Counted from the whole stretch's first letter, positions 11,994 through 24,150 are shown. The stretch is 63,160 bases of DNA, filler included, from Olpidium bornovanus S191 (GCA_017911155.1; 31 parts of 31 records of this genome joined end to end with filler, not necessarily neighbours in it), one strand, 5' to 3'. Numbers and translations: made by a program. Notes: generated from the sequence alone by a model not told the origin.

Positions 11994-14900
11994 TCAGATT
12001 TTCCCCTGGACCACCACGTCATCAATCGCGTCCTCCCGATCGGCTGCCTCCATCAGTACTGCCTCGCGCGACGCCTTCTGAGGCACCGCCGGGAGCTGAT
12101 CCAGAGACGTGCACAAAGTGTCGGACTGGTCCCCCTCGCTCCAGGCCTCTGCCGCCCTGACGCCGGCGGCGACGGCCGAAGCGCCGGGAAAGGACCTCGG
12201 GGGATCCGGTGATACGCTCTGCGGGCGCGCGACGACGCGCTGCGGCGACGACCGCCGGTTCCGCTGCCGACTGGGCGGGAGCGGCGGCGGTGGCGACGAC
12301 GACGACGACGACGCGGCGGCCGGCGGCTGCGCGCCGTGCGCCGCGTCTCCCACCGAGCCGCCTTCGGGACCGGCGGCGCGGTTCGCCGGCGACTTCCTCT
12401 TCCCGCCTTTCCGCCTCGAACTCCGGACGGAAAGCGCCAACGCGGAGCGTCTCGCCGGAAGGTGAGACGGAGGCGGAGGCTGTGATGGCGAGTGCGCCGG
12501 CGAGCGCTGCGACGCCAAGCCAGAAATCGAGACCGAGCCGGAGCCGCCTTCCTCCTCCGTGATCTGGCTCTCGTCACCGCTGTATTCCTTGACGGACGGG
12601 GTGCTGGGCCGCAGACGGACCTTGGGCCGCTCGGGAGAAACGTCCGCCTGGTCGTCTGACTCGCCCTCCTCGTCGGAACCGGACAGCGGGCGGTTTTCGT
12701 CCGTGGAGTCCACCACGTCGAAGAGCATGTCGCGCAGCTTGTTGTCGTCGCGCAGCTGCTGCAGCCACATGTTGTAGTACACGCCGTCTGGATATCACAG
12801 AATTGGGAAAGTGAGCCGCGACCGTCGTCCGCTCCAATCCCTCCCTCCTATCCCCCAGACAAGGAGAACCCACTCGGATTCCGCATCAGAGTGTCGTGCG
12901 CCCCGCGCTCGACGATCTCTCCGCCTTGCAGAACGAGGATCATGTCCGCATGCACAATCGTGCTCAGCCTATGCGCGATGATAATGGTCGTCTTGCCGGA
13001 CGTGACCCTATCGAGTGCGTGCTGAATATGTCTCTCGGTATGGGTCTAACGGGATATGGTGAAGAAAAAAAAACAAGGATTCGCCAAGTTGAATGGCCGT
13101 GAGGAAAGTGAAAGCCCCCCCCCCCCCTTTCTTTCCTTTTCCTTTGTTGAAAATCTCAAAACTCGGGGCGCCTCACATCAAGGGCGGAAGTCGCCTCGTC
13201 GAGAAGGACGATCCTCGGGTCCTTGAGCAGAGTCCGCGCAATGGCGACTCGCTGCTTCTCGCCTCCCGACAGTCGCAGGCCCCGTTCGCCAACTTTGGTG
13301 CGGTACCCTAAAAACGCGCCGCAGTTGTTTCTGAGCTCGCGCAAACGACCGTGCAAAGGAAGCGACCGAAAGCGACGGCAACGGAACGCAGAACGAGACG
13401 GCCGCACAACACACGACACGCACCGTCGGGAAACTGCATGATTCGATCGTGGATATGCGCCGCCTTGGCGGCATCCACACACCGCTCCTCTGGAGCTTCT
13501 ACATTTCCATATCTGTACGGCATATTACAAGTTGGTACGCAGGTCCACCCCGGGTTGTAGTCCTGCAACATCATCGATTTCACCAGCCGCCACCGACAAA
13601 AACACGCACCTAATATTGTACATGACGTCTTCGTTGAAGAGAACCTGGCGCGGGAAGTTAGGTGAGAAAGCACAGGTGCGGGTGCAAACGGAGAAAGCGG
13701 TGGCACTGCAGTCTTACAGTATCTTGCGGCACCACCCCAATGTAACTTCTCAGATCGCGTTGTCTCACCGACCGGATATCTTGGCCGTCGATGAGAATCC
13801 GCCCGCTTTGCACGTCGTAGAAGCGGAAGAGCAGCCGCAAGATCGTACTGCTCCGAGTTCAACGTTAAGACTCCCAACCTCGAAAGCGGCGGGGGCGGCG
13901 GTGGTGGTGAGGGAGGGAAGGGGGGGGGAGAAACGGAAATGATTGTAAATGGATTTGAGCTGACCTTTTCCCCCCTCCGGACGGGCCGACCAGAGCGACA
14001 GTCGCACCCTTCGGGACGGTAAAGGAGACGTTGCGCAGTGTCGGCATCCGTGGATCGTAATAGAACGAAACCTTGTCTGCGGGCAGAGATGGACGCAGGA
14101 AAAAAACGAATTTTTATACAAGGACGCCGAAACACGCGCGGCGCTCTGGTATTTTTCCGCAAATGCGCGAAACGTCGGCGTTCGCGCCGCGTACCGAAAT
14201 GGACGACGCCTTCGTCACAGCGCAGTTTGGCGGGTTTCTGGACGTCCCGAACCTCCAGCGGCTCTCGGAACAGGTCGAGCATTTTCTCCATGTCAACAAA
14301 ATTTTTCTGAATCACCCTGCGCAAGGCGTCCAGGGGAAGAGGGAGGGGAAGAGAGAAAGAGCGGCGGTTGAGCAAGGCGAACCAGGAGTCTCATTCGGAC
14401 CGCAAACGGAGCCGCCGTGCGCGGCGCCGAAAAAAAAAAACGCCCGAACCTGTAATAACTCCCGAACCAGTTCAAGGGCCCGTAGAGTTGAGTGATATAC
14501 GTCAGGTACAGCACGAAATCGCTGACGTTCATAGTGTGATCGACGATGCGCATCGCACAGACGATGCAGCCGACGAGCAGGCCGACCTGGATGACGACGT
14601 TCTGGACGGTGTTGAGCACGGACAGGGTGAACTGGCTCTTCCAGTCGGCGGCGTTGTACTCGTCGATTGCCCGGTCGTACATCCGGATCTCGAACCGCTC
14701 GGCGTTGTAGTACTTGACCGTCTCGAAGTTCAGCAGCGAGTCCACCGCCCGCGCCTGCATCGCGTTGTCCAGAAGGTTTGCGCGCCGCCGGAACTTGGTG
14801 CGCCAGTCCGTGATCAGAACCGTGAAAACGATGTACAGAGACATCGTGACGAAGACTATCAGCCCCAGCGTGGTGTCGAAGGTCACCGAAAAGTAGACGC

Positions 14901-15500
14901 ACGCGATCACGATGTCCACGAGGCACGGGACAATGTTGAAAAGTATGGCCGTCAGAAGGGAGACGACGCTCGACACGCCCCGGTCTTAGAAAAAATTTCC
15001 GGAAAGGGCGGTTTTAGTCCGAGTCGACAACGGCCACAGCGCCGGCAGGGCAGACTTCGGCTCACCCTGGACCCGCAGGATTTCCCCGGTCTTCCGATTT
15101 AAGTGGAACCTCAACGAGAGACTGCAGGAATAAACTGTCTCGGGTGATTACGGAGCCAGTACGTGGACAAAGCTCCCAACAGAAACCCACTTGTGCAGGT
15201 GCTCAAACATCCGTATGGAAACCTCCTTGGTAGTAAACTGGATTAAGTCCGCGCCATCGACGAAATACCACCCGGTCAGGAGGCGCAGGCGACACAGACC
15301 AGGTAATTCCAACCAGCACCGCGCAACGATCAAAATCAGGCCTAAGTCATGGCATGCTCACCTGGCTTACTGGGAACCACATGAATGTCTGCAATGTGTT
15401 GACCGCCCCGACGCTGCCCTGGAGAAAGCGGAGGAAGACGTACCAGACGATCTCCAGCCAAACAACGTGGACCGTGGGCGTGTCGGCCTTTCCGGCGGCG
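11994..15500 (-). CDS. HMT1: Half-size ABC transporter, HMT1/ABCB6 type (heavy-metal tolerance), multi-exon, 5' partial
   Basis: TMD: [68 protein letters not shown]: GPSGGGK (Walker A), [53 protein letters not shown]. These residues fit ABCB6/HMT1 better than ATM1. Confidence 0.88.
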
Positions 15501-16308
15501 NNNNNNNNNNNNNNNNNNNNNNNNNNNNNNNNNNNNNNNNNNNNTTAATTAATTAANNNNNNNNNNNNNNNNNNNNNNNNNNNNNNNNNNNNNNNNNNNN
15601 CTTAACTGTGACCCGTACGGCCTTTCCATCGGACATAGTCCGATGTCCGACCGCCGTCGGAAGAAAAACAGTCGCAACACGTGAGCACGTTTACTGAGCA
15701 CGCGCCACGGACGCGCGCATGGGCATTAACGGTTTCAACAGCAACGAGAATTCGTTGATCAGATAACAATGTGAAGTGAGTGATTTCCTGTGGTCTTGGA
15801 ATAAAAAAAAAAGAGTGTCGAGGGTATAATCGGTTGGATGGCCTTTTTTTCCGTCGTACAAACAGTTCTGCAAAAGCTGGCCTACTCGCCACCCGCGTTG
15901 AGGCAAAAGGCTACCGCAGATGTCCCGTCAGTGGGCAGATCAGATGCTGCGCCAACGCAAAGCCCGACGGACACCGAGCATGGAGTTCCTTGGCCGTTCG
16001 GGAATCTCCAGTGCAAACGTCCGCCTTGGCAGGACCAAATCCGGCACAGGGAAAGTCCTCCGCTTCTTCTCACGTGTTTTGAGCCCTGAGCATTGTCCAT
16101 AATAAGATCCGGACTTTATTATTAACGAGATACATTTAGTTGACCAGGCATAGCATCACATTATAATGCTAAGAAGTTGACGCGGGGGACTACCGTCTCG
16201 GCTTCGGGTGTGCTGGTTGGTGACTGTCTGTTTTTTCCGCAGTCCACCTGGCTCCGTGCGCCGGCAGTATGCCGGGACCAGACGCGACCCTTCAAGTCGG
16301 CACCGGCT

Positions 16309-16485
16309 TCACTGTCCGCCGGCGAGCCCGACGCCCTCAGCGCCCTTGCGGAGCTCCTTTAGCAGCAGGGCAAGCTTCTGCCTCAGCTGGCGCACCAGCT
16401 CGTCCTCGCCTTCCTCGGGCGGCGGCATCTGGTCGAGCAGATATTCGGCTTCGTCGATGGTGAGGACAACGGGGCCACGGTTCAT
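16309..16485 (-). CDS. Small 58-aa hypothetical protein (MNRGPVVLTIDEAEYLLDQMPPP...LRQKLALLLKELRKGAEG)
   Basis: ATG at 16485, TGA at 16309-16311. High-GC3 codon usage matches bona fide genes here; helix-PPP-helix pattern. No function recognised. Confidence 0.6.
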   Translation of the reverse strand: MNRGPVVLTIDEAEYLLDQMPPPEEGEDELVRQLRQKLALLLKELRKGAEGVGLAGGQ

Positions 16486-17157
16486 CGTTTGGCGGCCTGG
16501 CAGGTGCGCCTCTGCTCGAAGGGGGGTGTTGGCGAGGTGGGGGCGAACGGAAGGCAGCGAGGGAGGGGGCGACAGCGAGCTGCTTCCATTTGATGCAGAA
16601 TGGTGCATTCAGGTGAGTCGAACGCAAATTATGCCGTGCACGAAATGTCAAAAATGTGCCGCGGAGCACTGAGCCCCACCCACCCCCCCCAGCCGCCCCC
16701 TCCTTCCCTTGGTCTCCCTTCCCCTTTCCCCCTCACCCAGCACCCCCCCCACCCCCACCCGCGCAACAAACCGTCCAAGGAAAGAAGCATAAAAAGAACC
16801 ACGCGACCATGGTGAGCTGAAAGGACCAGAGCTGCACCGGTCCCCATCCCATCCCATCCCGTCCCGCCGCCGTGCCGTCCCCAGTTCCGTCGTCGTGCGG
16901 CTTTTTCCGTGCGGCGGATGAACCCTCCNNNNNNNNNNNNNNNNNNNNNNNNNNNNNNNNNNNNNNNNNNNNTTAATTAATTAANNNNNNNNNNNNNNNN
17001 NNNNNNNNNNNNNNNNNNNNNNNNNNNNAAGGTCGAACGGAACGAGGGTGAGAAGCTCCTGGCCGTCTACAGGAGGATAAAGGACCCCGACGAATGAGAG
17101 CCCCTGTCCGGTGTCTTGCATACAAGCCGAAGCCCCTCCGACCGCACCCCGGCGTGC

Positions 17158-17199
<42 letters not shown>

Positions 17200-17235
17200 T
17201 CCACCCCTTCTTCCCCTTCGCGTCCGAAAATGCAG

Positions 17236-17382
17236 GATCTCCAGGTCGCTTTCCACGCTTACCTTGAGGAGAGGGGCGTAGATCAGAATTTTGCTCTGAT
17301 TACCCCGAGGCTGATCGAGCTTCGAGAGCAGGGCGAATATGTGAGCTGGTTAAAAAGGCTCCGCGACTTTGTGAAATTATAA
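17236..17382 (+). CDS. MAM33: Mitochondrial acidic matrix protein MAM33/C1QBP (p32), last exon
   Basis: After CAG (17233-17235): DLQVAFHAYLEERGVDQNFALITPRLIELREQGEYVSWLKRLRDFVKL*, matching the family C-terminus LDEDLQ...YLEERGI...KEQxEYxxWL. Confidence 0.82.
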   Translation, partial: DLQVAFHAYLEERGVDQNFALITPRLIELREQGEYVSWLKRLRDFVKL

Positions 17383-18092
17383 GGCTCGGGAGCTCCACAT
17401 TTGTGTAGCCTTTTTTTGCGGGTTCCCCCCTATCCAGCTGTTATCCGGCTGTGTCTGGCCGTTTTCGTTACGCGCTAAATAGGGGGGGGGGGGGGGGGGG
17501 GGGGGGGGGATTGTGATTGTGCCCCATGAAAATTTGCAGTATGTATTGGTAACACCATGGCTATTGTTTAATGCCATACCCAAAAACCCTCTTGACTAAA
17601 ACCCGGTGCCAGCTAATACCTTCTGCTAGCGGTCGGCCCCTAAGCGTCGCACACTCAAGCCTTGGTAAGGATGGTGCATACACACCCTCGGAAGACGGCC
17701 GAGGGACGCGATTTTACGTACAGGGTGTCGTTAGGCTTCCGTTCGCAACCCAAACGAACATATCAAGTCAGTTCCGCAGCCAGCAATGTCAACCAGAAAC
17801 CTGGAACTCTCTCCTGGGAACAAACGACGCGGAAGGAGGAGGGATTGTCGATGCGGATTTGTGAGCCGGCGCGGGGGTGGGGGGCGGGTGGGACGTCAGC
17901 GATTGTTTGCGGGCGTTTTTTTTTTCTATTTTTTTTTCTTTTTTTTTTTTTTTTTTTTTTTTTTTTCCCCCCCCCCCCCTTTTTTCCCCCCCCCCCCCCC
18001 AGGCCGGAAACAAAGGACCGCAAAAGCCCCTCGAGGCGTGCCCGCGTCTGCGGAACGGACGCCGCCTCTTGACGCCGGTGAGCCCAGCGACG

Positions 18093-20447
18093 ATGACGAC
18101 CGCGCCCACGGCCGCTCCGAGCGACGCCGCGGCGCCGGCCTTGCAGGTCCTGACCTCTCGGCGTAGCTGCAGCGCGGAACGCGGCCGGGCGCCGGCCGCG
18201 TACCGCGCGGACGGCGCCACAACCGCCCTGCGCGAAGCCGCGGACAGGGCTCTCCGGCGGCTGAAGGAGTGCGTCGCCGCGGCCGACGGCTGGAAGACCG
18301 CCCTCAAAGATGAGAGCGGCGTGACCGTTTTGGTTAAACGCGGAATCGAACCTGGAGACAAGGTGCGCAAGAAAGCGGGGGTTTTTTTTTGTTTTCTTGC
18401 GTGCTCGTAACTTGGGAGGTCCGTTTCCCTCTCCCTGGCGTGTGAGAGAGTCAGGCAGCTTCGCCGGAGGGCCATTCGGGGCTGATCGCAGTACGCCAAA
18501 TACCGGGTTTTGACTAGGTGCCCCTGTTCAAGGGGGTTGGATTGATACGCGGCTTTTCTCCGCGGACCGTATTCTCCATTGTCAAAGACCGGGAACTGTG
18601 GGATAACTGGTGCGCTTGCAGCTGCGTTCCTGTCCGGTGATGTCCGCCTTGTTGAGACGAGCGGCTTATTCCAGCTTTATTTTTTCTTTCGAATCTTTGG
18701 GCAGCTTTGTTCAATGCCACCTGGTGCGGAACCTCAGTGGGTCGTCCAGCCTGACATATTCGGTTGCCAAGTCTTCGGCCGCTGCTGGGTGCGTGGACCG
18801 CCCATTGGATTTTTCCTCCTCGCGCCGCCCCGCCGTGGAATCCTAACAAGTCGGTTGGTTGTTAGGAAGCGGGACTTCGCCCTCGCAGAGATACTCGAAG
18901 AGGACAGCGACGGTACTGTGTATTTTGCTGCGACCAGCGTCGACACTCCGCTGGTGCCCCTTCAGCACAACAGGGTCCGGGGGGAAATCAAGCTGATCGG
19001 ATGGGTGCTCGAGCGCGTGTCCAGGCCCGACGAGAAGCTGTGCACGAGGGCGACTCACGTCATTTCGGAAGACGTGAAAGGGTGGCTGCCGTCCGGGGTG
19101 ACGAACAAGCTGTGCGCCCGTCGGCCCTTGGACATCCGACGCGTCAACAATTACCTGCAAAGGTTCGGGCCCCCGGAAGTTTTGGCGAAGCGGATGAGCC
19201 AGACCCCGTTACCGCACGAGTGGGCCGTCAGCAGCGGAAGCGACGCGGACATTTCCGAACAGAGCGAGAGCCGGCACCTGCACCGGCTGTTTCTCCGCCG
19301 CTACCACGAAGGAGAACTGAGGAGGAGGGGGATATCTGAAGCTGCCGGGTCGAGCCAGAGTCGCGGCGTGTCCCGGGAAGACGCTTGTTCCCGCGGGAGC
19401 GAACCTCGCAAAAATGCCGCGAACCGATGCAGCTTGTCCTTGCTCCCGGCGGACAACAGCGGGTCGTTTACCGTATCTGCCAACGGACGCGATACCATCG
19501 CGCGCAGACGTCGGCGTTCGGATCAACGGCTATCGCCGAGCAGATCTGATCTCAGCCATTTCGAAGACAAACCGCGGATATTCTTTCCCTCCACGCGAGG
19601 GGAAGAGCAGTCAGATGAGCACGGCCGCGACCGGCGACGGACAGAACACTGCGAACGACCGGATATTGCCGATCCGCCCGAAGCTGCGAATTCCGGCATG
19701 CCCGCAAACGGGGCGGTAAAAAACGACCGGGGGTCGCGCGCCGGACGCAACTGCCGGCGGGAAAATCTCGTGAAACACGAACCCCTGCGAAGAGAAGATG
19801 AAAATGAGGAATCGACGCGAACCGCCGAACGCCCCGACGTGCGGCCGAGGTTCGCCAACGGGACGTTGCGCAGAAGGAACACGGTTTCCGGCGCGGCCTC
19901 CGCTAACCGGGGTCACCCTCTTCCCCCTGTTAGCTCCCGCACGCCGGTGACGGCGTTCTTATCCCGTAGCTTTCCCTCGTTCCCGGCCTGTGCCCCCACG
20001 GATCCGTTCGGCGCCGCGCACAATCCTCCCTCGAGCGACGAGAATTTTGCCACGATAACACCGCCGCCCCGCCGCGCGCGTGCCGTCGCACCCTCCCGGA
20101 CGCGTTCTGCCGCCGGGTACGGTCGCCAACGCCGGCCGGAACAGGGGCGGACTGCGGACCCGTGCCGGAATATCACCGAGTTTCTCACATACGCAATTTT
20201 GCCGAGGGGGCCGGCCGGCGGAGTCGTACATTTTTTTTTTGTTTTGCGGGCCCCCGGAGCGCGCGCGGTGGGGGGGGGGGAAGTTTTGTGCCGGCGGAAA
20301 GGGGAAACGGGTGATTTTTCTTTTGTCTTTTGTTTTTTTTTTTTTTTTTTTGGCGTCGCGGGGAAGCTCGGTTTTTTCCCGGCGTCAATTCTGAACCTGG
20401 CGCCGTTCGCGACGCGTGGTGTTCCGTGCGGTTCATGCACTTCTTGA
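18093..20447 (+). CDS. START/SRPBCC lipid-transfer domain protein with long disordered C-terminus (3' end uncertain)
   Basis: GWKTALKDESGVTV | VPLFKGVGLIRGFSPRTVFSIVKDRELWDNW | RDFALAE...ATSVDTPLVP...VRGEIKLIGWVLE...DVKGWLPSGVTN. Introns start at 18363 and about 18610. Confidence 0.78.
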
Positions 20448-20554
20448 CGAGCGTGGCGTAGAAGCCGTACAGCAGCGCGCTCAGAATCGCCAGGCAGTCA
20501 CCCAGCAAGCCCGACTCCTCTCCCTCGGAGTTACTCGCTGTGATCACCAGTACC
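20436..20554 (-). CDS. EamA/SLC35F-type membrane transporter, exon fragment
   Basis: GLLGDCLAILSALLYGFYATLVKK resembles the DMT-family GDxLALxSAxxYGxY motif; runs off the contig. Confidence 0.55.
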
Positions 20555-20654
20555 NNNNNNNNNNNNNNNNNNNNNNNNNNNNNNNNNNNNNNNNNNNNTT
20601 AATTAATTAANNNNNNNNNNNNNNNNNNNNNNNNNNNNNNNNNNNNNNNNNNNN

Positions 20655-21492
20655 CCCTGCTAATCTCAGCAAGATGGTGGGAGTTTCTTTTTTTTTCTTT
20701 TGTTTCGATCTTGTGGTTTTTCCTTTTCCTCGCGTTGTTCGCAGTTTGGTTCTTTTCTCCGCCGTTGTCGGCTTTTCTCGATTATACTGACATCGTTTGG
20801 GAACCGCTGCGTACGCGCGCGTAGTCTGGAATTGGTTTCGAATTGTGGACAATGCAACCGGACATTATGTTTGATAATATCTTCATTGGTCATGACGTCG
20901 GAGAGGCCGAAGCGTTTGCCGAAGAGACGTGGAGGATCAAGCACGACGTTGAGAGTGCTGAAGAGAAGAAAGCGCTCAGTCACAACATGAAGACAGCAGA
21001 GGTAACTCTTTTGTCGACCGTGAAAGTTATGGCGGGCCGTTTCGACATTGATCCTTTATCAACGACATTGTAATTGATTCTCTTATTTCTGGTAAGCGCG
21101 CGGAGCATGCACCCGAGGTCCAGTTCGCGCAGGATCCCAAGGGGTACGTCGAGAACAAGATTTTCTCCATTATCTCAAAAATTTCTGGTATCCCAATGGA
21201 GGACCTGAAGGCCCGGCGATTGTACATTCTGGCCATTACCGTGACCGCAATCGCCCTGATGGCAACGCTGGCAAACAAGGTCCTATCGAGCCTGGGCCGT
21301 GCGAAGACGGCAGGCGAAACTACCACGGATGAGGGGGAGGAGGAGGACGAGGAGGAAGAGGACGCGGCCCCTACTCGGGAGACGGCGAAGAAGACCCAAG
21401 ACGGGAAATCGCGGACAGGCTCCACCGCCCTCAGAAACCGCTCATCAACTGCCGCAGCGGTGTCCGTGGACAAGACTGCCGACGAGGAGTGA
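20655..21492 (+). CDS. CNE1: Calnexin, C-terminal part, join(<20655..20676,20825..21001,21124..21492)
   Basis: PANLSKM | SGIGFELWTMQPDIMFDNIFIGH...ETWRIK, then one TM segment (LYILAITVTAIALMATLA) and an acidic cytosolic tail. No HDEL, so not calreticulin. Confidence 0.88.
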
Positions 21493-22109
21493 ATGAAGCT
21501 TCTGAATGTTGCTGAGATGGGCGAGATAATGCTCAGGGAGACAGGCGTCCTCTGCATAATTTCGCGTTGTCCCCTCGCGGCTGTGTTCGGCATGTGGGTC
21601 CCGTTCGGTCTGCGTCCCGGCCGTTACACGCTTGTTATCGCCGGTGCTTTTTGGGTTTTCTGGGATGTTTATTCTTCCTGATCGGCCGTGGACGGATCAG
21701 ACTAGTGTCGCACAGATAATGCTCAGGTAGACCCCGCAACCCTCCGTCGGCCCATGACAGCCGTACTTGGAATAACGAGTCCGCTTTTGTTGTGTGCCTT
21801 GATTCCTTGAAAAGAAAACACAAAATCGAAAGGCCTCGCCGCGCATGTCTGTCAACTTCAAGGAGCTGTCCAGCGTCCACAACTTTTTTTTTCTTTTTTT
21901 TTTTTTTGGAAGCGTACGGCGGGGCCCGCGCGACATCAGTTCTGAAGTTTTTTTATTCCCCTCTGCCCACTATCGTTCGATGCAATCGCACCCCAGGCCA
22001 ACACATTATGCCGGGGTTGTTCTGGCTGTTCGTCCAAAGAATCCCCTTCTCCGCCTCGGTAAAACGTCCGCCTCGGTAAAACGTCCGCCGCGCTTCGCAA
22101 AAAAAAAAA

Positions 22110-22143
<34 letters not shown>

Positions 22144-22571
22144 CCCCCCCCAATTTTTTCGCGGGGGGGGGAGGGGGGGGGGGGGGGGGGGGGCCCCCCC
22201 CCGCCGCCCCCCCCCCCCCCCTTCTTCCCCCCGCCGGGTGAAAACGAATTCCAACGTTTTGTGCGCCCCCCCCCCGTTTAAGGTGCGCGTGAAGGGGGGT
22301 GTCGCGGCCGCCGCCGCCGCCGCCGCCGCGCGCGCGTAAATTTTACATGAGGAGATGCCGGCGGGGGGGGGTTGCTTTTTGTGCGAGACGAGAGAGGTTT
22401 TGGGACAGAAGATGCGGTCCGGACAACGTGGCCAGAAAGTGAATGGTTATCATGCCGAAGAAAAAAAAAAAAAAAAAAGAGAAAAAAGACGAAAGAATAA
22501 GAGGAAGAAAAAACAAACATAAATGTGTTCCGGGTTTCTGGACAAAAAAATACGTGTTTTGGGCCGGGGGT

Positions 22572-22605
<34 letters not shown>

Positions 22606-22730
22606 GGTGCGCCGCACCCGGGGCGCTTTTCTTTGCCAACGAGATGTCATCGGGACGCGCGCGGGTGGGTATGGACGCGCGACGCGCGCGCGCGCGCGTC
22701 GCGCCCGGGGGGATTTCCGGGGGGGGGGGG

Positions 22731-22783
<53 letters not shown>

Positions 22784-22883
22784 NNNNNNNNNNNNNNNNN
22801 NNNNNNNNNNNNNNNNNNNNNNNNNNNTTAATTAATTAANNNNNNNNNNNNNNNNNNNNNNNNNNNNNNNNNNNNNNNNNNNN

Positions 22884-24150
22884 AAGATACAGCAAACTGA
22901 ATATTTTGAGCAATTACGACGCGACGTTTTGAACGAGAACATCGGAGCTGTGGCAGGTGCTCTGGTCTTCTCGGGAATTTCTATGTTTTGCGAGTGTTAG
23001 CATGTTAAATACTTGTATCTCTACCAGGCGCATCGGATGGTACTGGAAACGGTGGCGCAGCGAAATTGATTTATCCGCCGAATTCCGAAGCTGTGGCAGG
23101 TGCTCTGGTTTTCTCGGGAATTTCTATGTTTTGCGAGTGTTAGCATGTTAAATACTTGTATCTCCACCCAGGCGCATCGGATGGTACTGGAAGCGGTGGG
23201 GCAGCGAAATTGATTTGTACGCCGAATTCCGAAGCTGTGGCAGGTGCTCTGGTCTTCGCGGGAATTTCTATGTTTTGCGAGTGTTGGCATGTTAAATACT
23301 TGTATCTCCACCCAGGCGCATCGGATGGTACTGGAAACGGTGGCGCAGCGAAATTGATTTATCCGCCGAATTCCGAAGAACCGCGCTCGCCAATTAGCAA
23401 CCGAACTATGCAACCGGTACCCGACGCTCCGATGACGACCCCGGTAGGACCAGCAGAGGCACCGGCGTCAGAGACGGCTGGCGCTGCGGAGGCATCGGCG
23501 TCGGAGATGACCAGCGCTGCGGAGGAATTGGTGTCAGAGAAGAATGGCACTGCGGAGGCATCGGCGTCAGAGACGACCGGCGCTGCGGAGGCATCGGCGT
23601 CCGAGACGATTGGCGCTGCAGAGGCATCGGCGTCAGAGACGATTGGCGCTGCGGAGGCATCGGCGTCAGGGACGACCGGCGCGGCGGAGGCATCGACGTC
23701 AGAGACGACCGGCGCCGCGGAGGCATCGACGTCAGATACGACCGGCACTGCGGAGGCATCAGCGTCAGAGACGACTGGCATTGCGGAAGCATCGACGCCA
23801 GAGACGACTGGCGCTGCGGAGTCATCAGCAACTGAAGAGCTGCGTTCGCCAAACGGCGACAGAATTATGCAGCCGGCATCTGCCGCTCGGCTGGCAACCA
23901 AATTGCCACCTGAAGAACCAGCGGATGCATCAGCGTCAGAGACGTCCGCCTCTATGGATGTAGAAATGCACCCACCGGGACTCCCATCACAGCTTCCCGT
24001 TCCACTGCTGGGAGCACCCGTGGGTGCCACGGCTCATGAAACGCGTCCGGTCCGGCTGCCACTGCCACAACCCTACGCACCGGAACCCGCCAAATTGGAT
24101 GGTAATCCTGCGACATCGAAACTCGAGTCTCAGCAAGTGATTATCCAGAA
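22884..24150 (+). CDS. Repeat-rich hypothetical protein, partial; exons <22884-22956, 23028-23099, 23172-23243, 23316->24150
   Basis: The frame is open from the contig start (KIQQTEYFEQLRRDVLNENIGAVA) through three phase-1 GT-AG introns (71, 72, 72 nt) to the contig end, with no stop once spliced. Confidence 0.65.
22947..23377 (+). repeat. Tandem repeat, 3 units of 143/144/144 bp, each one intron (71-72 nt) plus one exon-length block (72 nt)
   Basis: Units start at 22947, 23090 and 23234 and are nearly identical (gctgtggcaggtgctctgg...ccgaattccgaa). Confidence 0.95.
23447..23842 (+). repeat. Coding minisatellite, 12 x 33 bp (GAAEASASETT-type 11-aa unit)
   Basis: Example unit ggcgctgcggaggcatcggcgtccgagacgatt; 12 degenerate units in frame. 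Confidence 0.92.

Noticed and set aside
7347-15500. Gene cluster or synteny (PAN6 - SRA - HMT1, or any cross-contig neighbourhood)
   Set aside because: The genes are on different contigs joined arbitrarily, so adjacency carries no information.
18341-18359. tRNA T-arm-like motif (reverse complement CCAGGTTCGATTCCG)
   Set aside because: No acceptor, D or anticodon arms can be formed, and it lies within the START coding exon. No rRNA, tRNA or snRNA gene was recognised anywhere in the window.
21690-22520. Minus-strand multi-exon gene downstream of calnexin, and the 17-bp tandem duplication at 22051-22089
   Set aside because: No consistent splice model or recognisable protein was found. The 2.3-copy duplication is too small to interpret and may be an assembly artefact.
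22947-23377. CRISPR-like array
   Set aside because: Whole units are near-identical with no unique spacers, the unit is 144 bp, and the exon-intron structure explains it.
23359-24030. Antisense ORFs over the 33-bp minisatellite
   Set aside because: They are shadows of a stop-free repeat; the splice evidence supports the plus strand.
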